The notes under the pieces: generated by a model
The model's database searches: none
What the model saw: the letters and a program-made list of their open reading frames with translations, nothing else
What the model was told of the DNA's origin: nothing
Part shown: one piece after another, positions 10,846 to 20,219 of the stretch
Numbering within the stretch: the first letter of the stretch is position 1
Layout: the number at the start of each line of letters is the position of its first letter
Assembly: GCA_965231215.1 (NCBI GenBank)
Contig: OZ246423.1
Location: forward strand, 608,001 to 672,000
Origin: Candidatus Altimarinota bacterium
GTDB taxonomy: Bacteria > Patescibacteriota > Gracilibacteria > UBA4473
Direction of reading: 5' to 3'
Length of the DNA stretch: 64,000 nt
Translations under genes and position numbers: made by a program

Positions 10846-11541
10846 ATGACAATTCTTGTAGAACAAGGAAAAATGAAAGTAATTGTCCCCCTACATCCTA
10901 AAAATTTTGTAGAGTTAATTGATCTAGTTTCACGCATTAATCACAAGGTAGATATTGTAGAAATCTGGCTCGATCAGATTTTTAGTGAATTTGTCGAAAA
11001 CCCAAACCTCATTTTTGAGGCCAAAACATTATTAAAAAAAGTAAAACAAACCTTTGGCGTAGAAGTGCTCGCCACCTGCAAATCCCCAACAGAAAAAGGG
11101 GCTTTTGTTGGCAGTTCCGAAGAGCGGCTAATGGTGCTTCAGAACTTTCTGCGGCTTGGAGGTGACTTTGTAGATCTAGATATCTTAAAAAACACTGGCG
11201 ATGTGGTAGCCCAAATTCCGTCCGAAAACCTCTGGCTCAGTTTCCACCACTTTGAAGAAAATCCTGATCCTCTCCCAGATTTAGAAGGCCTTTTCCACCA
11301 CATGCAAACCTTTAACCCCTTCCTCTATAAATTTGCTATTGCCCCTAAAGACCAAGCCGAATTAGAAGCCTTTATTCTCTTTGCAAAAACCTTTCCAGAA
11401 CGGGGAGTATTTACCACTATGGGTCTTCTTGGGTCACAGGGAAGAGAAAAACTCGTTCCTATCTCTTGGGGCGGTTTTTACGCTCTAGATGAAAACCACT
11501 TAACCGCAACCGGTCAGAGTCTACTTTCTGACATTTCCTAA
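10846..11541 (+). CDS. aroD: Type I 3-dehydroquinate dehydratase
   Basis: VEIWLD, TCKS..EKG.F, FVDLD, SFHHF (catalytic His), YKFA (Schiff-base Lys), TMG, TATGQ. Confidence 0.8.
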   Translation: MTILVEQGKMKVIVPLHPKNFVELIDLVSRINHKVDIVEIWLDQIFSEFVENPNLIFEAKTLLKKVKQTFGVEVLATCKSPTEKGAFVGSSEERLMVLQNFLRLGGDFVDLDILKNTGDVVAQIPSENLWLSFHHFEENPDPLPDLEGLFHHMQTFNPFLYKFAIAPKDQAELEAFILFAKTFPERGVFTTMGLLGSQGREKLVPISWGGFYALDENHLTATGQSLLSDIS

Positions 11542-11637
11542 AACAGAATCTGGGCTTTTCCATAAAAAATCAGAGTGGAAAAAATTTTCATTCTCTGATA
11601 AAAATAGAAAGTCTGGACTCTAAAACACACCAATCCA

Positions 11638-12597
11638 ATGAAAAAAATCAAAAAAGCCTTCACCTCAACCAACAAATTCATCAAAGAAAATTTCTTTGTA
11701 TTATGCCTAGCCCTTATGGGTCTCTGGTACCTCTGGCCCGAAAACAACTATAGCCCCTACGAATTAGGCACTCAAAGCTATCGCGATGAAGCGGTTGCAA
11801 TGTCAACTGATACAGCGGAAGAAGGGATGGTCTCCTATGCTCCGCGTATGGCCAAAATGGCACGCGGCGCCATTCAGCCCCCGATCGTGGAAGCTGATGG
11901 ATTTGAACCTGAAGCGACCGAACGGAAGGTTATTAAAAATGGTTCGCTTCAGCTTGAAGTGGAAAATACCGAAGAAGGAAAAACCCTCGCTCAGACAGAA
12001 GCCGAAAAATTAGACGCTCTCATCACTCACCAAAACTCATGGGAAGTTCGCCGAGGGGTTTTGGCCTATAATATGACTATCCGAGTCCCCGCTGAAAACT
12101 TAGAAAAGTTGATTGAAAACCTTGCACAACTAGGTAACAAAAAATCAGAAAATTACTCAACCTCAGATATTACAGCCGCTTACAACGATACGGCCAATCA
12201 GATTAAAAATTTAGAATCCCGAAGAGACCGCCTTCGAGAACTTATGGAATTTAATACCGATAGCTTAAGTGATGTCCTTCAAGTAGATCGCGAACTTTCT
12301 CAGGTTCAAAACCAAATTGAAAATCTTGAGCGAACCCAAAAACGAAGAGACACCGATGTAAGTTTTTCTACGCTGAATTTAACCATTAACCCAGAACCAG
12401 AAATTGGGGATTTTAGCAATCCTGATTGGAATCTAAAACGTTCTTGGAAGCAAGCGGTAAATGACTTCATCCACGATGCCCGAGACCTGGTAGACAAACT
12501 CATACGAGCGCTTGTTTATACACCAATTTGGCTACCAATTCTTCTGATTCTTTGGGGCATCAAACGCTTTCTCTTTGGCAAAAAGAAAAAGAAATAA
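11638..12597 (+). CDS. DUF4349-domain protein
   Basis: RKVIKNGSLQLEV, TIRVPA, DITAAYND, V.FSTLNL and a C-terminal TM. Confidence 0.85.
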   Translation: MKKIKKAFTSTNKFIKENFFVLCLALMGLWYLWPENNYSPYELGTQSYRDEAVAMSTDTAEEGMVSYAPRMAKMARGAIQPPIVEADGFEPEATERKVIKNGSLQLEVENTEEGKTLAQTEAEKLDALITHQNSWEVRRGVLAYNMTIRVPAENLEKLIENLAQLGNKKSENYSTSDITAAYNDTANQIKNLESRRDRLRELMEFNTDSLSDVLQVDRELSQVQNQIENLERTQKRRDTDVSFSTLNLTINPEPEIGDFSNPDWNLKRSWKQAVNDFIHDARDLVDKLIRALVYTPIWLPILLILWGIKRFLFGKKKKK

Positions 12598-12636
12598 GGA
12601 AGACTCATAGCTCCGTTAGCAGCACTATAAAAACTT

Positions 12637-12668
12637 ATCCCTGCAAAGGCGGGGATTTAAGTCTTTTC
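12637..12668 (+). terminator. Intrinsic terminator-like hairpin
   Basis: ATCCCTGC-AAAG-GCGGGGAT followed by a T-rich tract. Confidence 0.55.
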
Positions 12669-12711
12669 TCTTGGATTGATCATCGAACTAATTTAGTCAA
12701 TAATTGATTCG

Positions 12712-13488
12712 ATGTCTGTACTTGAAAAAATCATTAGCCAGAAAGAAAGAGAAATTGCGGGCCTCCCAAAAACCCTCAAAAATGCCAAACCCACTAAATC
12801 TAAAAGAAATTTTTTAGAAGCTCTTCAAAAACCCAAAAGCCAAGCCCCCCCACAAATCATTGCCGAGATAAAAAAAGCCTCCCCCTCAAAAGGGCCTATT
12901 TTCCCCGAGGCTGATGTGGTAGAAATTGCAGAAATCTACCAACAGTCTGGAGCTTCAGCAATTTCTGTTTTAACTGACTTTCCCTTTTTTGGAGGGTCTC
13001 TCTCAGACCTCAATAACGTCAGTCGCGCCGTCCACGTTCCCGTGTTACGAAAAGATTTTATTATTGATCAAAACCAAATTTTAGAAGCCCGGCTCAGTGA
13101 AGCCGATGCCGTATTACTAATGACTTCAGTGCTGAAAGATCCCTCAAAACTAAAAGACTTTAGAACCTATGCAGAAAGCTTAGGAATGGACGCGCTAGTA
13201 GAAACTCAAGACGAAGCTGAAATTGAAATGGCTCTCAAAAGCGGCGCCAAAATCATCGGTATAAACGCCCGTCATTTTTCAGATATTTCGGTCGATATTA
13301 ACCGAGTACCACCGTTGCTAAAACAACTTCCTGCAAACATTATCAAAGTCGCCGAATCTGGTATAGAGACCTCCCAAGACGTCAAAAAAGTAGCGCCTTT
13401 TTGTGACGCCATTTTGGTAGGAAGTGCTATCATGGGTAGCGGCATGGAAAATATGGCAAAGACAATAACCTCACTCAAATGCAGTTAA
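12712..13488 (+). CDS. trpC: Indole-3-glycerol phosphate synthase
   Basis: IIAEIKKASPSKG, SVLTD, LRKDFI, GINAR, VAESGI. Confidence 0.96.
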   Translation: MSVLEKIISQKEREIAGLPKTLKNAKPTKSKRNFLEALQKPKSQAPPQIIAEIKKASPSKGPIFPEADVVEIAEIYQQSGASAISVLTDFPFFGGSLSDLNNVSRAVHVPVLRKDFIIDQNQILEARLSEADAVLLMTSVLKDPSKLKDFRTYAESLGMDALVETQDEAEIEMALKSGAKIIGINARHFSDISVDINRVPPLLKQLPANIIKVAESGIETSQDVKKVAPFCDAILVGSAIMGSGMENMAKTITSLKCS

Positions 13489-14111
13489 AAGTCTGTGGTG
13501 TTCGGTCTCTAGATATGTATCAAATCTGCAAAGAGTTGGGCGTCGATTTCGTGGGCATAAATTTTGTCCCCACATCTCACAGAAAGGTTTCTTTAGATTT
13601 TTGCAAGGCTATAGCACAAACTTCAGAAATCCCAAAAGTGGGAATTTTTCAAAACCAAACGGAAGCGGAAATTATGGAAGCCGTAAACCTGGCTCAACTC
13701 AATATAGTGCAGCTTCACGGAACAGAAACCCCTGAATTTATAGACAACCTAAAGGCCAAACTTCCTGAAATTCAATTCTGGAAAGCCTTTTCCATAGATG
13801 AAACCTTCCAAATAGACCTATTGCAAAGGTATGGCAAAAACTGTGATTTATTCCTCTTTGATGGGAAATTTCCAGGAAGCGGCACCCTTATTTTAGACAA
13901 TAAAATTCTAGACGAGGCCTGTAAAAAATCCAAAAAACTAAAAATCCCTTACGGAATTGCTGGAGGAGTTGCGGCTCAAAATATACCAAAATTTAAAAGT
14001 CGGTTCCCCAAGGCGGCCCTTTTGGATACCGCTTCTGGAGTAGAAATTGATGGAATTTTTGATCCCGCTAGGTGTAGAGCCCTTATTAACAATTTCCACA
14101 ACTATGCCTAA
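13479..14111 (+). CDS. trpF: Phosphoribosylanthranilate isomerase
   Basis: KVCG, S.R.V, VQLHG.E, AGG, D.ASGVE. Confidence 0.93.
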   Translation: MQLKVCGVRSLDMYQICKELGVDFVGINFVPTSHRKVSLDFCKAIAQTSEIPKVGIFQNQTEAEIMEAVNLAQLNIVQLHGTETPEFIDNLKAKLPEIQFWKAFSIDETFQIDLLQRYGKNCDLFLFDGKFPGSGTLILDNKILDEACKKSKKLKIPYGIAGGVAAQNIPKFKSRFPKAALLDTASGVEIDGIFDPARCRALINNFHNYA

Positions 14112-14730
14112 AAATATTTTTTGGGATTTTGACGGTGTGATGGCCAATTCCACGCCCTTTGTTTTTGAATTTTGGCGTAAAAAACTAGCTCAACAGGGGC
14201 ATGTATTTGAAATTTCAGACTATCAAGCGACCTTTGAAGCTAAATTTCCTTTTGATTACTTAAAAGACCGATACGGAATTTTAGGGGAAGCCATTAAAAC
14301 CGAATATACGGCCTTTGAAGCCAATCACTATGCCCAAGAAGTTCCATTCTTTGAAGGCATGGTTGACCTCCTAAGAAATTTTAGTCAAACCCGATCCTAC
14401 TTTGTGGTTTCTTCAAACCTCGCTCAAGTGATTCAAGAAAGCCTCACCCTACATGATGTAGCTCCTTATTTTTCAGAAATTATAGGACGAGAAAAGCCAG
14501 GCTACAAAGATGAAAAAATAGAACAGATAATTGATCGGCATAACTTACAAAAAAGTGAGTGTATCTTCATAGGCGACACCATGAGCGACATGGAGCACGC
14601 ACAATCTGCTGGCATAAAATGTATTGGCGTGACCTGGGGCGTTCACCCTCGAGCAAAACTAGAACGTACAAATCCCACCTTTCTTTGTGATAGTGTAGAA
14701 GATTTGCATACAATACTGGCAGATCAATAA
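14104..14730 (+). CDS. HAD-family phosphatase
   Basis: WDFDGVMANS, VVSSN, FIGDTMSD, GVTWG. Start MPKN overlaps the end of trpF. Confidence 0.9.
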   Translation: MPKNIFWDFDGVMANSTPFVFEFWRKKLAQQGHVFEISDYQATFEAKFPFDYLKDRYGILGEAIKTEYTAFEANHYAQEVPFFEGMVDLLRNFSQTRSYFVVSSNLAQVIQESLTLHDVAPYFSEIIGREKPGYKDEKIEQIIDRHNLQKSECIFIGDTMSDMEHAQSAGIKCIGVTWGVHPRAKLERTNPTFLCDSVEDLHTILADQ

Positions 14731-14906
14731 TATCTACTTCTATTTGAAAACGCCTACACAGATTTTTAATTTGTGATTCATAAAGTGCCTGAACCGCCAG
14801 CCTAGCACCTGTATAAGAGCTTCTTTCAAGACAAAACCCAAAAGGCCAAGGCTGTCGTTGTCTTACCAGCAATAGAAGGGCCTGAAAGCAACAAAGCTTT
14901 TTTCAT
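14731..14906 (-). pseudogene. Remnant of a P-loop kinase/NTPase
   Basis: ATG 14906 overlaps the upstream stop (TAATG) and reads MKKALLLSGPSIAGKTTTALAFWVLS*, a Walker A motif that stops at 14826. Confidence 0.55.
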
Positions 14907-15835
14907 TAATAAACTCCATTATACCGGGAGGCAATTAGCTCTTCTTTTACTTCTGTCCCTTTTTTTACTACCCGCTTCCACTCAGTGTAAAGCCCTCCTC
15001 CACGCTGACGGTTATTGGTAACCCGAGTGAGTTCAATCTCTCTTCCGTCCCGAGTTCCAAAAAGAGCCACCACCAAAGTGTTCCCTTTAAGCTGGGTTTT
15101 GATCAAAATATCATGCCCAGTATCATTGGTAAATTTAAGATCTTGAGAGCCCAAATAAATAGTCGCATCTAGTCCATGTGGATAATATTTTTGAAGCGCA
15201 TCTGAATGGTTTCGACGTTCCTCAATAGGGAGACCGGCATTAAGAGCCGCTCTGTAAAGCACTGTAGAAAGTTGGCACACGCCCCCTCCCAACGCCCACC
15301 CATCTCGGCCTCCTGCAATAATCGCTTCCACCACAAACCCTTCCTCAGGTTCTACTGATTTCAGCGTATCGTTGAAAGAAAAAATGGCTCCCGCAGGAAT
15401 AATTACTCCGTCAAATTTATCAATCCCCGCCTGCATATTTTTACGCTGTCCCCACCGCGCCGCTGAAGTATCAGAGACCGCCACTCCAACCAGTTCTTTA
15501 ATGCCATAAAAGTTTAAAAGAGGATCTACAATTTTTTGGTTCAATTGGTGCTGAGCACTGAGGGGAAAGTAGCCTCCCCAAACCCAATTTTTTCTATTGG
15601 CTAAAATTTTTTCAATTTCTGCCTCTAATCGAACCGACCTATTGGTGCTTAACGCTGGCCTAAATCCTGATAAAGCTTGCCGAGGCATGGGTTCAAATTT
15701 TTTAGCGGCTTCCATTTTGAAAGTAAGATTTTGTGGTTCAACCACAATATCTTCAGCCAAAACCATTGCGTTTGAAGCAAATAAACTCCCTAGTGAAAGC
15801 CAAATTGAATACAACATACTTATACTTAATAACAT
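14906..15835 (-). CDS. VanW-family protein
   Basis: FSFN, GGGVCQLSTVLYRAALNAGLPIEERRNHS, GLDATIY, DLKFTNDT. Confidence 0.9.
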   Translation of the reverse strand: MLLSISMLYSIWLSLGSLFASNAMVLAEDIVVEPQNLTFKMEAAKKFEPMPRQALSGFRPALSTNRSVRLEAEIEKILANRKNWVWGGYFPLSAQHQLNQKIVDPLLNFYGIKELVGVAVSDTSAARWGQRKNMQAGIDKFDGVIIPAGAIFSFNDTLKSVEPEEGFVVEAIIAGGRDGWALGGGVCQLSTVLYRAALNAGLPIEERRNHSDALQKYYPHGLDATIYLGSQDLKFTNDTGHDILIKTQLKGNTLVVALFGTRDGREIELTRVTNNRQRGGGLYTEWKRVVKKGTEVKEELIASRYNGVY

Positions 15836-15907
15836 TTTTAAAATAAAAATCAAGTTTATAGATTAGGTTTGACAGAGGGTGTTTTTTTTGTACCTTTGCA
15901 CCGGTAC

Positions 15908-17086
15908 ATGAAGACAAATTTTATTGAAAATTCCGGCGGAAATTTTGGGCGTTTTGGTGGCTGTTTTGCTCCGGAGCTCTTGCAACCTGTCCTCAAGCGC
16001 GTAGAAAGTGTTTTTGAAGAATTTAAATCTTCGTCTGAGCTTCAGGCAGAATTTAACAGTCTGCTCAAAACCTTTGCTGGAAGGCCTACGCCTCTTTATC
16101 ACGCCAAAAATTTTTCGCCTCAAAACGGAGCTCAAATCTGGATAAAGCGTGAAGACTTACTTCATGGTGGAGCTCATAAAACCAACAATGTAATTGGGCA
16201 GGCTTTGCTGGCTCGCCAGATGGGCGCCAAAAACTTAATTGCCGAAACTGGCGCCGGACAACACGGTATTGCAACCGCTATGGCTGGGAGCCATTTCGGT
16301 TTGCCCGTAAAAGTATTTATGGGACAAAAAGATGTAGAGCGTCAGAAAGTAAATGTAGAGAGAATGAAACTTTTAGGGGCAGAAGTAATTCCGGTCACTA
16401 CCGGTTCAGCCTCCCTTAAAGATGCCATCAATGAAACCATGAGATATTGGATTTCTAACGCCGAAAATACCTATTACCTATTTGGGACAGCCGCTGGACC
16501 ACACCCCTTCCCAGAACTTGTAGCCCGCTTCCAAAGAGTCATCGGCGATGAAGCCCGAGCCCAAATGTTAGAAACTTTAGGCCGACTCCCAGATGAAGTT
16601 TTGGCCTGCGTAGGGGGCGGCTCTAATGCTATTGGAATTTTTCAAGCTTTCTTAGAAGATGAGGTCAAACTGGTAGGGGTCGAACCAGGAGGTAATGGCG
16701 ACAGGCATGGGCTCACTATTGGGAAAGGAAAATACGGATGCCTGCACGGAAGTTTATCCAAAGTAAACTGCGACCCAAATGGACAGATAGAAGAAAGTCA
16801 TTCAGTTTCGGCTGGGCTCGATTACCCTGGAGTTTCTCCCATTCATGCCTATTTGGATGAAGCTCAAAAAGCCGAGTATATGGGCATTGAGGATGGGTTA
16901 GCCGTAGAAACTTTGGTGCGTTTTGCGAAAGCCGAAGGAATCATTCCTGCCCTAGAGTCATCACATGCCTTAGCTGAAGCCCGAAAACGAGCTCAAAAAA
17001 TGTCTCCAGATCAAATATTGCTCGTCAATTTGTCCGGCAGAGGGGACAAAGATCTGCATACTGTTTTTGATTATTTAGAAAAATGA
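15908..17086 (+). CDS. trpB: Tryptophan synthase beta chain
   Basis: KREDLLHGGAHKTNN, AETGAGQHG, CVGGGSNAIG, SAGLDYPG, NLSGRGDKD. TTGACA-16-TACCTT lies just upstream of ATG 15908. Confidence 0.98.
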   Translation: MKTNFIENSGGNFGRFGGCFAPELLQPVLKRVESVFEEFKSSSELQAEFNSLLKTFAGRPTPLYHAKNFSPQNGAQIWIKREDLLHGGAHKTNNVIGQALLARQMGAKNLIAETGAGQHGIATAMAGSHFGLPVKVFMGQKDVERQKVNVERMKLLGAEVIPVTTGSASLKDAINETMRYWISNAENTYYLFGTAAGPHPFPELVARFQRVIGDEARAQMLETLGRLPDEVLACVGGGSNAIGIFQAFLEDEVKLVGVEPGGNGDRHGLTIGKGKYGCLHGSLSKVNCDPNGQIEESHSVSAGLDYPGVSPIHAYLDEAQKAEYMGIEDGLAVETLVRFAKAEGIIPALESSHALAEARKRAQKMSPDQILLVNLSGRGDKDLHTVFDYLEK

Positions 17087-17862
17087 ATAGATATCACAAA
17101 GCCTTTGCTCAATTAAAATCGGAAAATCGTATTGCCTTTATTCCCTTCTGGATGATTGGCGATCCTACACCTGAAGATTCTTTGAAGGTTATTGAATCAC
17201 TGGCTGAGAACGCCGATATTTTAGAGCTAGGAATGCCCTTTTCTGACCCCTTAGCCGACGGACCAACTATCCAGGCAGCGGTAAACCGAAGTTTAGAATC
17301 TGGAACTACTACTCAAAAATGTTTCGATATTATTGGAAAAGTTCGCACAAAATTTCCTCAAAAACCAATCGGTTTACTCGTGTACCTCAACCTCATTATG
17401 CAGTATGGAATCAAAGAATTTTTTACAGCATGTAAAAGTGTGGGCGTTGACTCTGTCCTTATCCCAGAACTGCCTGTAGAAGAAGTTCAACTCGTTAAAT
17501 CTGTGGCCGAAAAAAATCAAATTGATTTAGTTTTTCTGCTTTCGACCAACACCCCAAAAGACCGGAGACAGAAAATTTACTCTCACTCTGGAGGTTTTAT
17601 CTATACCGTTTCTACCCCCTCTATTACTGGCGCCAAAAATGACTTGAACCCTGACACGCTCCACCTTGTTTCAGCTCTAAAAAAGGCCACCAAACTGCCC
17701 ATTTGTGTGGGATTTGGAGTATCGGAACCCGAGCATATTTCAGCCTTGAAAGAAGCCGGAGCCGATGGAGCCATTATCGGTTCTAAACTCATAAACGTTT
17801 ATCAAAAGGAAGGCCTTGAAGAACTTAAAAACTTTTCTCAGGCATGTCAGAAACGGACTTAA
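17083..17862 (+). CDS. trpA: Tryptophan synthase alpha chain
   Basis: LELGMPFSDPLADGPTIQ, GFIY.VS...ITG, VGFG, DGAIIGS. ATGA overlap with trpB. Confidence 0.97.
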   Translation: MNRYHKAFAQLKSENRIAFIPFWMIGDPTPEDSLKVIESLAENADILELGMPFSDPLADGPTIQAAVNRSLESGTTTQKCFDIIGKVRTKFPQKPIGLLVYLNLIMQYGIKEFFTACKSVGVDSVLIPELPVEEVQLVKSVAEKNQIDLVFLLSTNTPKDRRQKIYSHSGGFIYTVSTPSITGAKNDLNPDTLHLVSALKKATKLPICVGFGVSEPEHISALKEAGADGAIIGSKLINVYQKEGLEELKNFSQACQKRT

Positions 17863-17863
17863 A

Positions 17864-18826
17864 TTATTGCGTAGCTATTGCTTCAGCCTCTCTATTTGGA
17901 TCGGCTCGATAGTGAGAAATGATAGTATTTTCAATAAAATCTTCCCCTTTTTGAACGGTCTGTACCCAGTGCGTGCTTAGTCTTCCGTCTGGAGCTTCCC
18001 AGTATTTAGTCCTTCGAATCCCCACCTGTCTTTCGTCTCGTGTTCCGTAAAAAACCGTAACTAATTTGTTCCCTTTGATGACAAACTTCATCAAAATATC
18101 TCCAGGAGTATCGTTCACGAATTTAAAATCCTGAGCGCCTAAATAAATAGTCGCATCCAAGCCCTGAGGCATATATTTAGAAACTGGGTAAGAATGATTT
18201 CTTCGTTCACTAACCAAAACTCCAGCATTGAGAGCCGCTCTATAAATCGTACTAGAAACCTGACACACCCCACCGCCAATTTCCCATTTATCTGAGCCAT
18301 CCTTAATAACTCGCTCCCACGTAAACCCAGATGCCTCAGAAACTTCTTCTAAAATTTTGTTAAAAGAAAACGCTTCTCCTTGAGCCACAATCTGTCCATC
18401 AAATTTTTCAAGCGTCGCTTCAATGTTCTGAATTCTTCTAGGAGTAGAACCACTAAAATCACTAACCCCTACTGCGATAATTTCTTTGATCCCTCTGTTA
18501 ATGAGAAAGGGTTCTGTTATTTTTTGATCCAAAAGATACTGTCTTTGAGGATCAAAATGCCCCCTCAAAATGTAGTTTTCTGGGTTTACTGCTTTATTGA
18601 TAACTGACGCCCAGATGGCTAAATCTTGGTAACGAGAAAAAAGTTTATCTTCAACAATTGGAGAATCCGCTTGGGTTCGGTTTTCTGCTCGATAACGTTC
18701 TTGAAGCTCCATCCTAAGCCTTTGGCTCGTGGTAACTTTTTCAAAACCAGCCGCTTCTGCGATACTCACATGCATTCCCATTCCCAAAAGCGAAGCCAGA
18801 AGTAGAGTATTCATAAATCTGATCAT
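17864..18826 (-). CDS. VanW-family protein (paralog)
   Basis: FSFN, GGGVCQVSSTIYRAALNAG, ERRNHS, GLDATIY. N-terminal signal peptide. Confidence 0.9.
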   Translation of the reverse strand: MIRFMNTLLLASLLGMGMHVSIAEAAGFEKVTTSQRLRMELQERYRAENRTQADSPIVEDKLFSRYQDLAIWASVINKAVNPENYILRGHFDPQRQYLLDQKITEPFLINRGIKEIIAVGVSDFSGSTPRRIQNIEATLEKFDGQIVAQGEAFSFNKILEEVSEASGFTWERVIKDGSDKWEIGGGVCQVSSTIYRAALNAGVLVSERRNHSYPVSKYMPQGLDATIYLGAQDFKFVNDTPGDILMKFVIKGNKLVTVFYGTRDERQVGIRRTKYWEAPDGRLSTHWVQTVQKGEDFIENTIISHYRADPNREAEAIATQ

Positions 18827-18881
18827 TGTACCAAAAAAAAGCGCTTTAGTAAAGACTCAAAACCTATTAAACTACCGTTTG

Positions 18882-19562
18882 ATGGCTCATCTGTTTTTTG
18901 ATTTTGATTCAACTGTCTGCACCAAAGAATCTTTGGACGAGGTTATTGCATTAGCGCTCAAAAATCATCCCCAAAAAGACACTTTAGTAGCGGAAATTGA
19001 ACACATTACGACCCTCGGGATGGAAGGCGTTATAGACTTCAAAGCCTCACTGATACAAAGATTAAGTGTTACCACTATTGATAAAACCTTATTTGATCAA
19101 GTTGGAGACATGCTCACCCAACACATTACTCCTGGAATACCAGAAATTTTTGAATGGCTCCAAAGTCACTCCCACCAAACTTATATCGTCAGCGGCGGAT
19201 TTATCCCTTGTATTTTACCTACCGCTAAAATTTTGAAGGTTCCTTCTAGGAATTGTTTTGCTAATGAATGTGAATTAAACGACAAAGGGGAAGTTATCGG
19301 CGCCAACCAAAAAAATCTGCTCTGGACCGACCAGGGTAAAGTTCCCGTTATCAAATTCCTCAAAAAAGATCGAAACATTTCTGAGACAACCGTTATGGTA
19401 GGAGACGGGAGTAATGATCTACGGGCTTACGAAGAGGATTGTGTAGATATTTTTTGTGGCTTTGGGGTAAATGTGGTTCGAAAAAAGGTACAAAAAAAAG
19501 CGCCAAATTTTTTCACAAAATCCGAAGAATTACTTCATTTTTTAAAAACAACTCTCCAATGA
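18882..19562 (+). CDS. serB: HAD-IB phosphoserine phosphatase
   Basis: FDFDST...ESLDE, IT..GMEG, F.ASL..RL, VSGGF, VGDGSND. Lies next to serA and serC. Confidence 0.88.
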   Translation: MAHLFFDFDSTVCTKESLDEVIALALKNHPQKDTLVAEIEHITTLGMEGVIDFKASLIQRLSVTTIDKTLFDQVGDMLTQHITPGIPEIFEWLQSHSHQTYIVSGGFIPCILPTAKILKVPSRNCFANECELNDKGEVIGANQKNLLWTDQGKVPVIKFLKKDRNISETTVMVGDGSNDLRAYEEDCVDIFCGFGVNVVRKKVQKKAPNFFTKSEELLHFLKTTLQ

Positions 19563-20056
19563 ATCACCAACGAGCTAAGAAGGTGTTTACTGAAATTCAA
19601 GCCCTTCCATACGGACTGTCTTTGGCTCCTGATGAAGAATCTAATAATTGTTTCTTCAAAGGCACAAAGCTCATAAAAGAGTTGGCAATACTCGGGTATG
19701 CCGTTCGTGGGCGGGTCGGGGAAACCTATTGGGATTCAAATATTATAGATGAGGAAATTATCTCACTGCTCCCTGAAGATATTTTAGTCACACACTTTTT
19801 CCCAGAAGTAATGGTTGATGGAGTGTGGCGAATTGTTGATCCAACATTCCAACCCTCACTTGAAAAGTATGGGTTTCAAATTGGTTCGTGGGAAGGAACA
19901 AAAAATACCTGCTTCCCCATTACAAAACTCTATAGCCAAGAGGCCTCTATCACGTACCAAGAACGGTGGTTTAATCCAGCATATCAGCAAGATTTTTTTG
20001 AAAGAGGAAAGCCCTGTTGGAGGGCCTTAAACAAATGGTTTTCAGAAAGAGCATAG
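19559..20056 (+). CDS. Transglutaminase-like (Cys-His-Asp) protein
   Basis: NCFFK...THFFPEV...WRIVDPT triad pattern. ATGA overlap with serB. Confidence 0.65.
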   Translation: MNHQRAKKVFTEIQALPYGLSLAPDEESNNCFFKGTKLIKELAILGYAVRGRVGETYWDSNIIDEEIISLLPEDILVTHFFPEVMVDGVWRIVDPTFQPSLEKYGFQIGSWEGTKNTCFPITKLYSQEASITYQERWFNPAYQQDFFERGKPCWRALNKWFSERA

Positions 20057-20099
20057 AAAATTTGAACCAAAAATTTTTTGAGTTAGTATTAAAATGCAA

Positions 20100-20138
20100 A
20101 TGAGTCGCCCAAGCGGAAAAGGTCGAAAAGAAATCTAA
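20100..20138 (+). CDS. Putative leader peptide of serA: MSRPSGKGRKEI (alternative start 20094, MQ-extended)
   Basis: ATG 10 nt after TAGTAT (20084-20089) of a TTGAAC-16-TAGTAT promoter. Peptide motif shared with the glyA leader. Confidence 0.7.
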   Translation: MSRPSGKGRKEI

Positions 20139-20164
20139 ACGAAGCTTCGTTCCATCCCTTTGCG

Positions 20165-20205
20165 TGTCCCCCAAAAAACTTTGCGGGATATTTTTATTTC
20201 TTTTT
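20165..20205 (+). terminator. Attenuator-type terminator in the serA leader
   Basis: TGTCCC-C-CAAA-AAAC-TTTG-C-GGGATA, then TTTTTATTTCTTTTT, between the uORF and the serA ATG. Confidence 0.55.
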
Positions 20206-20219
20206 AACTTTTTTAAATA

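Noticed and set aside
12598-12711. Trp leader peptide before trpC (also checked before trpB)
   Set aside because: No Trp-codon uORF was found, and both genes have promoter-like elements right next to the ATG.
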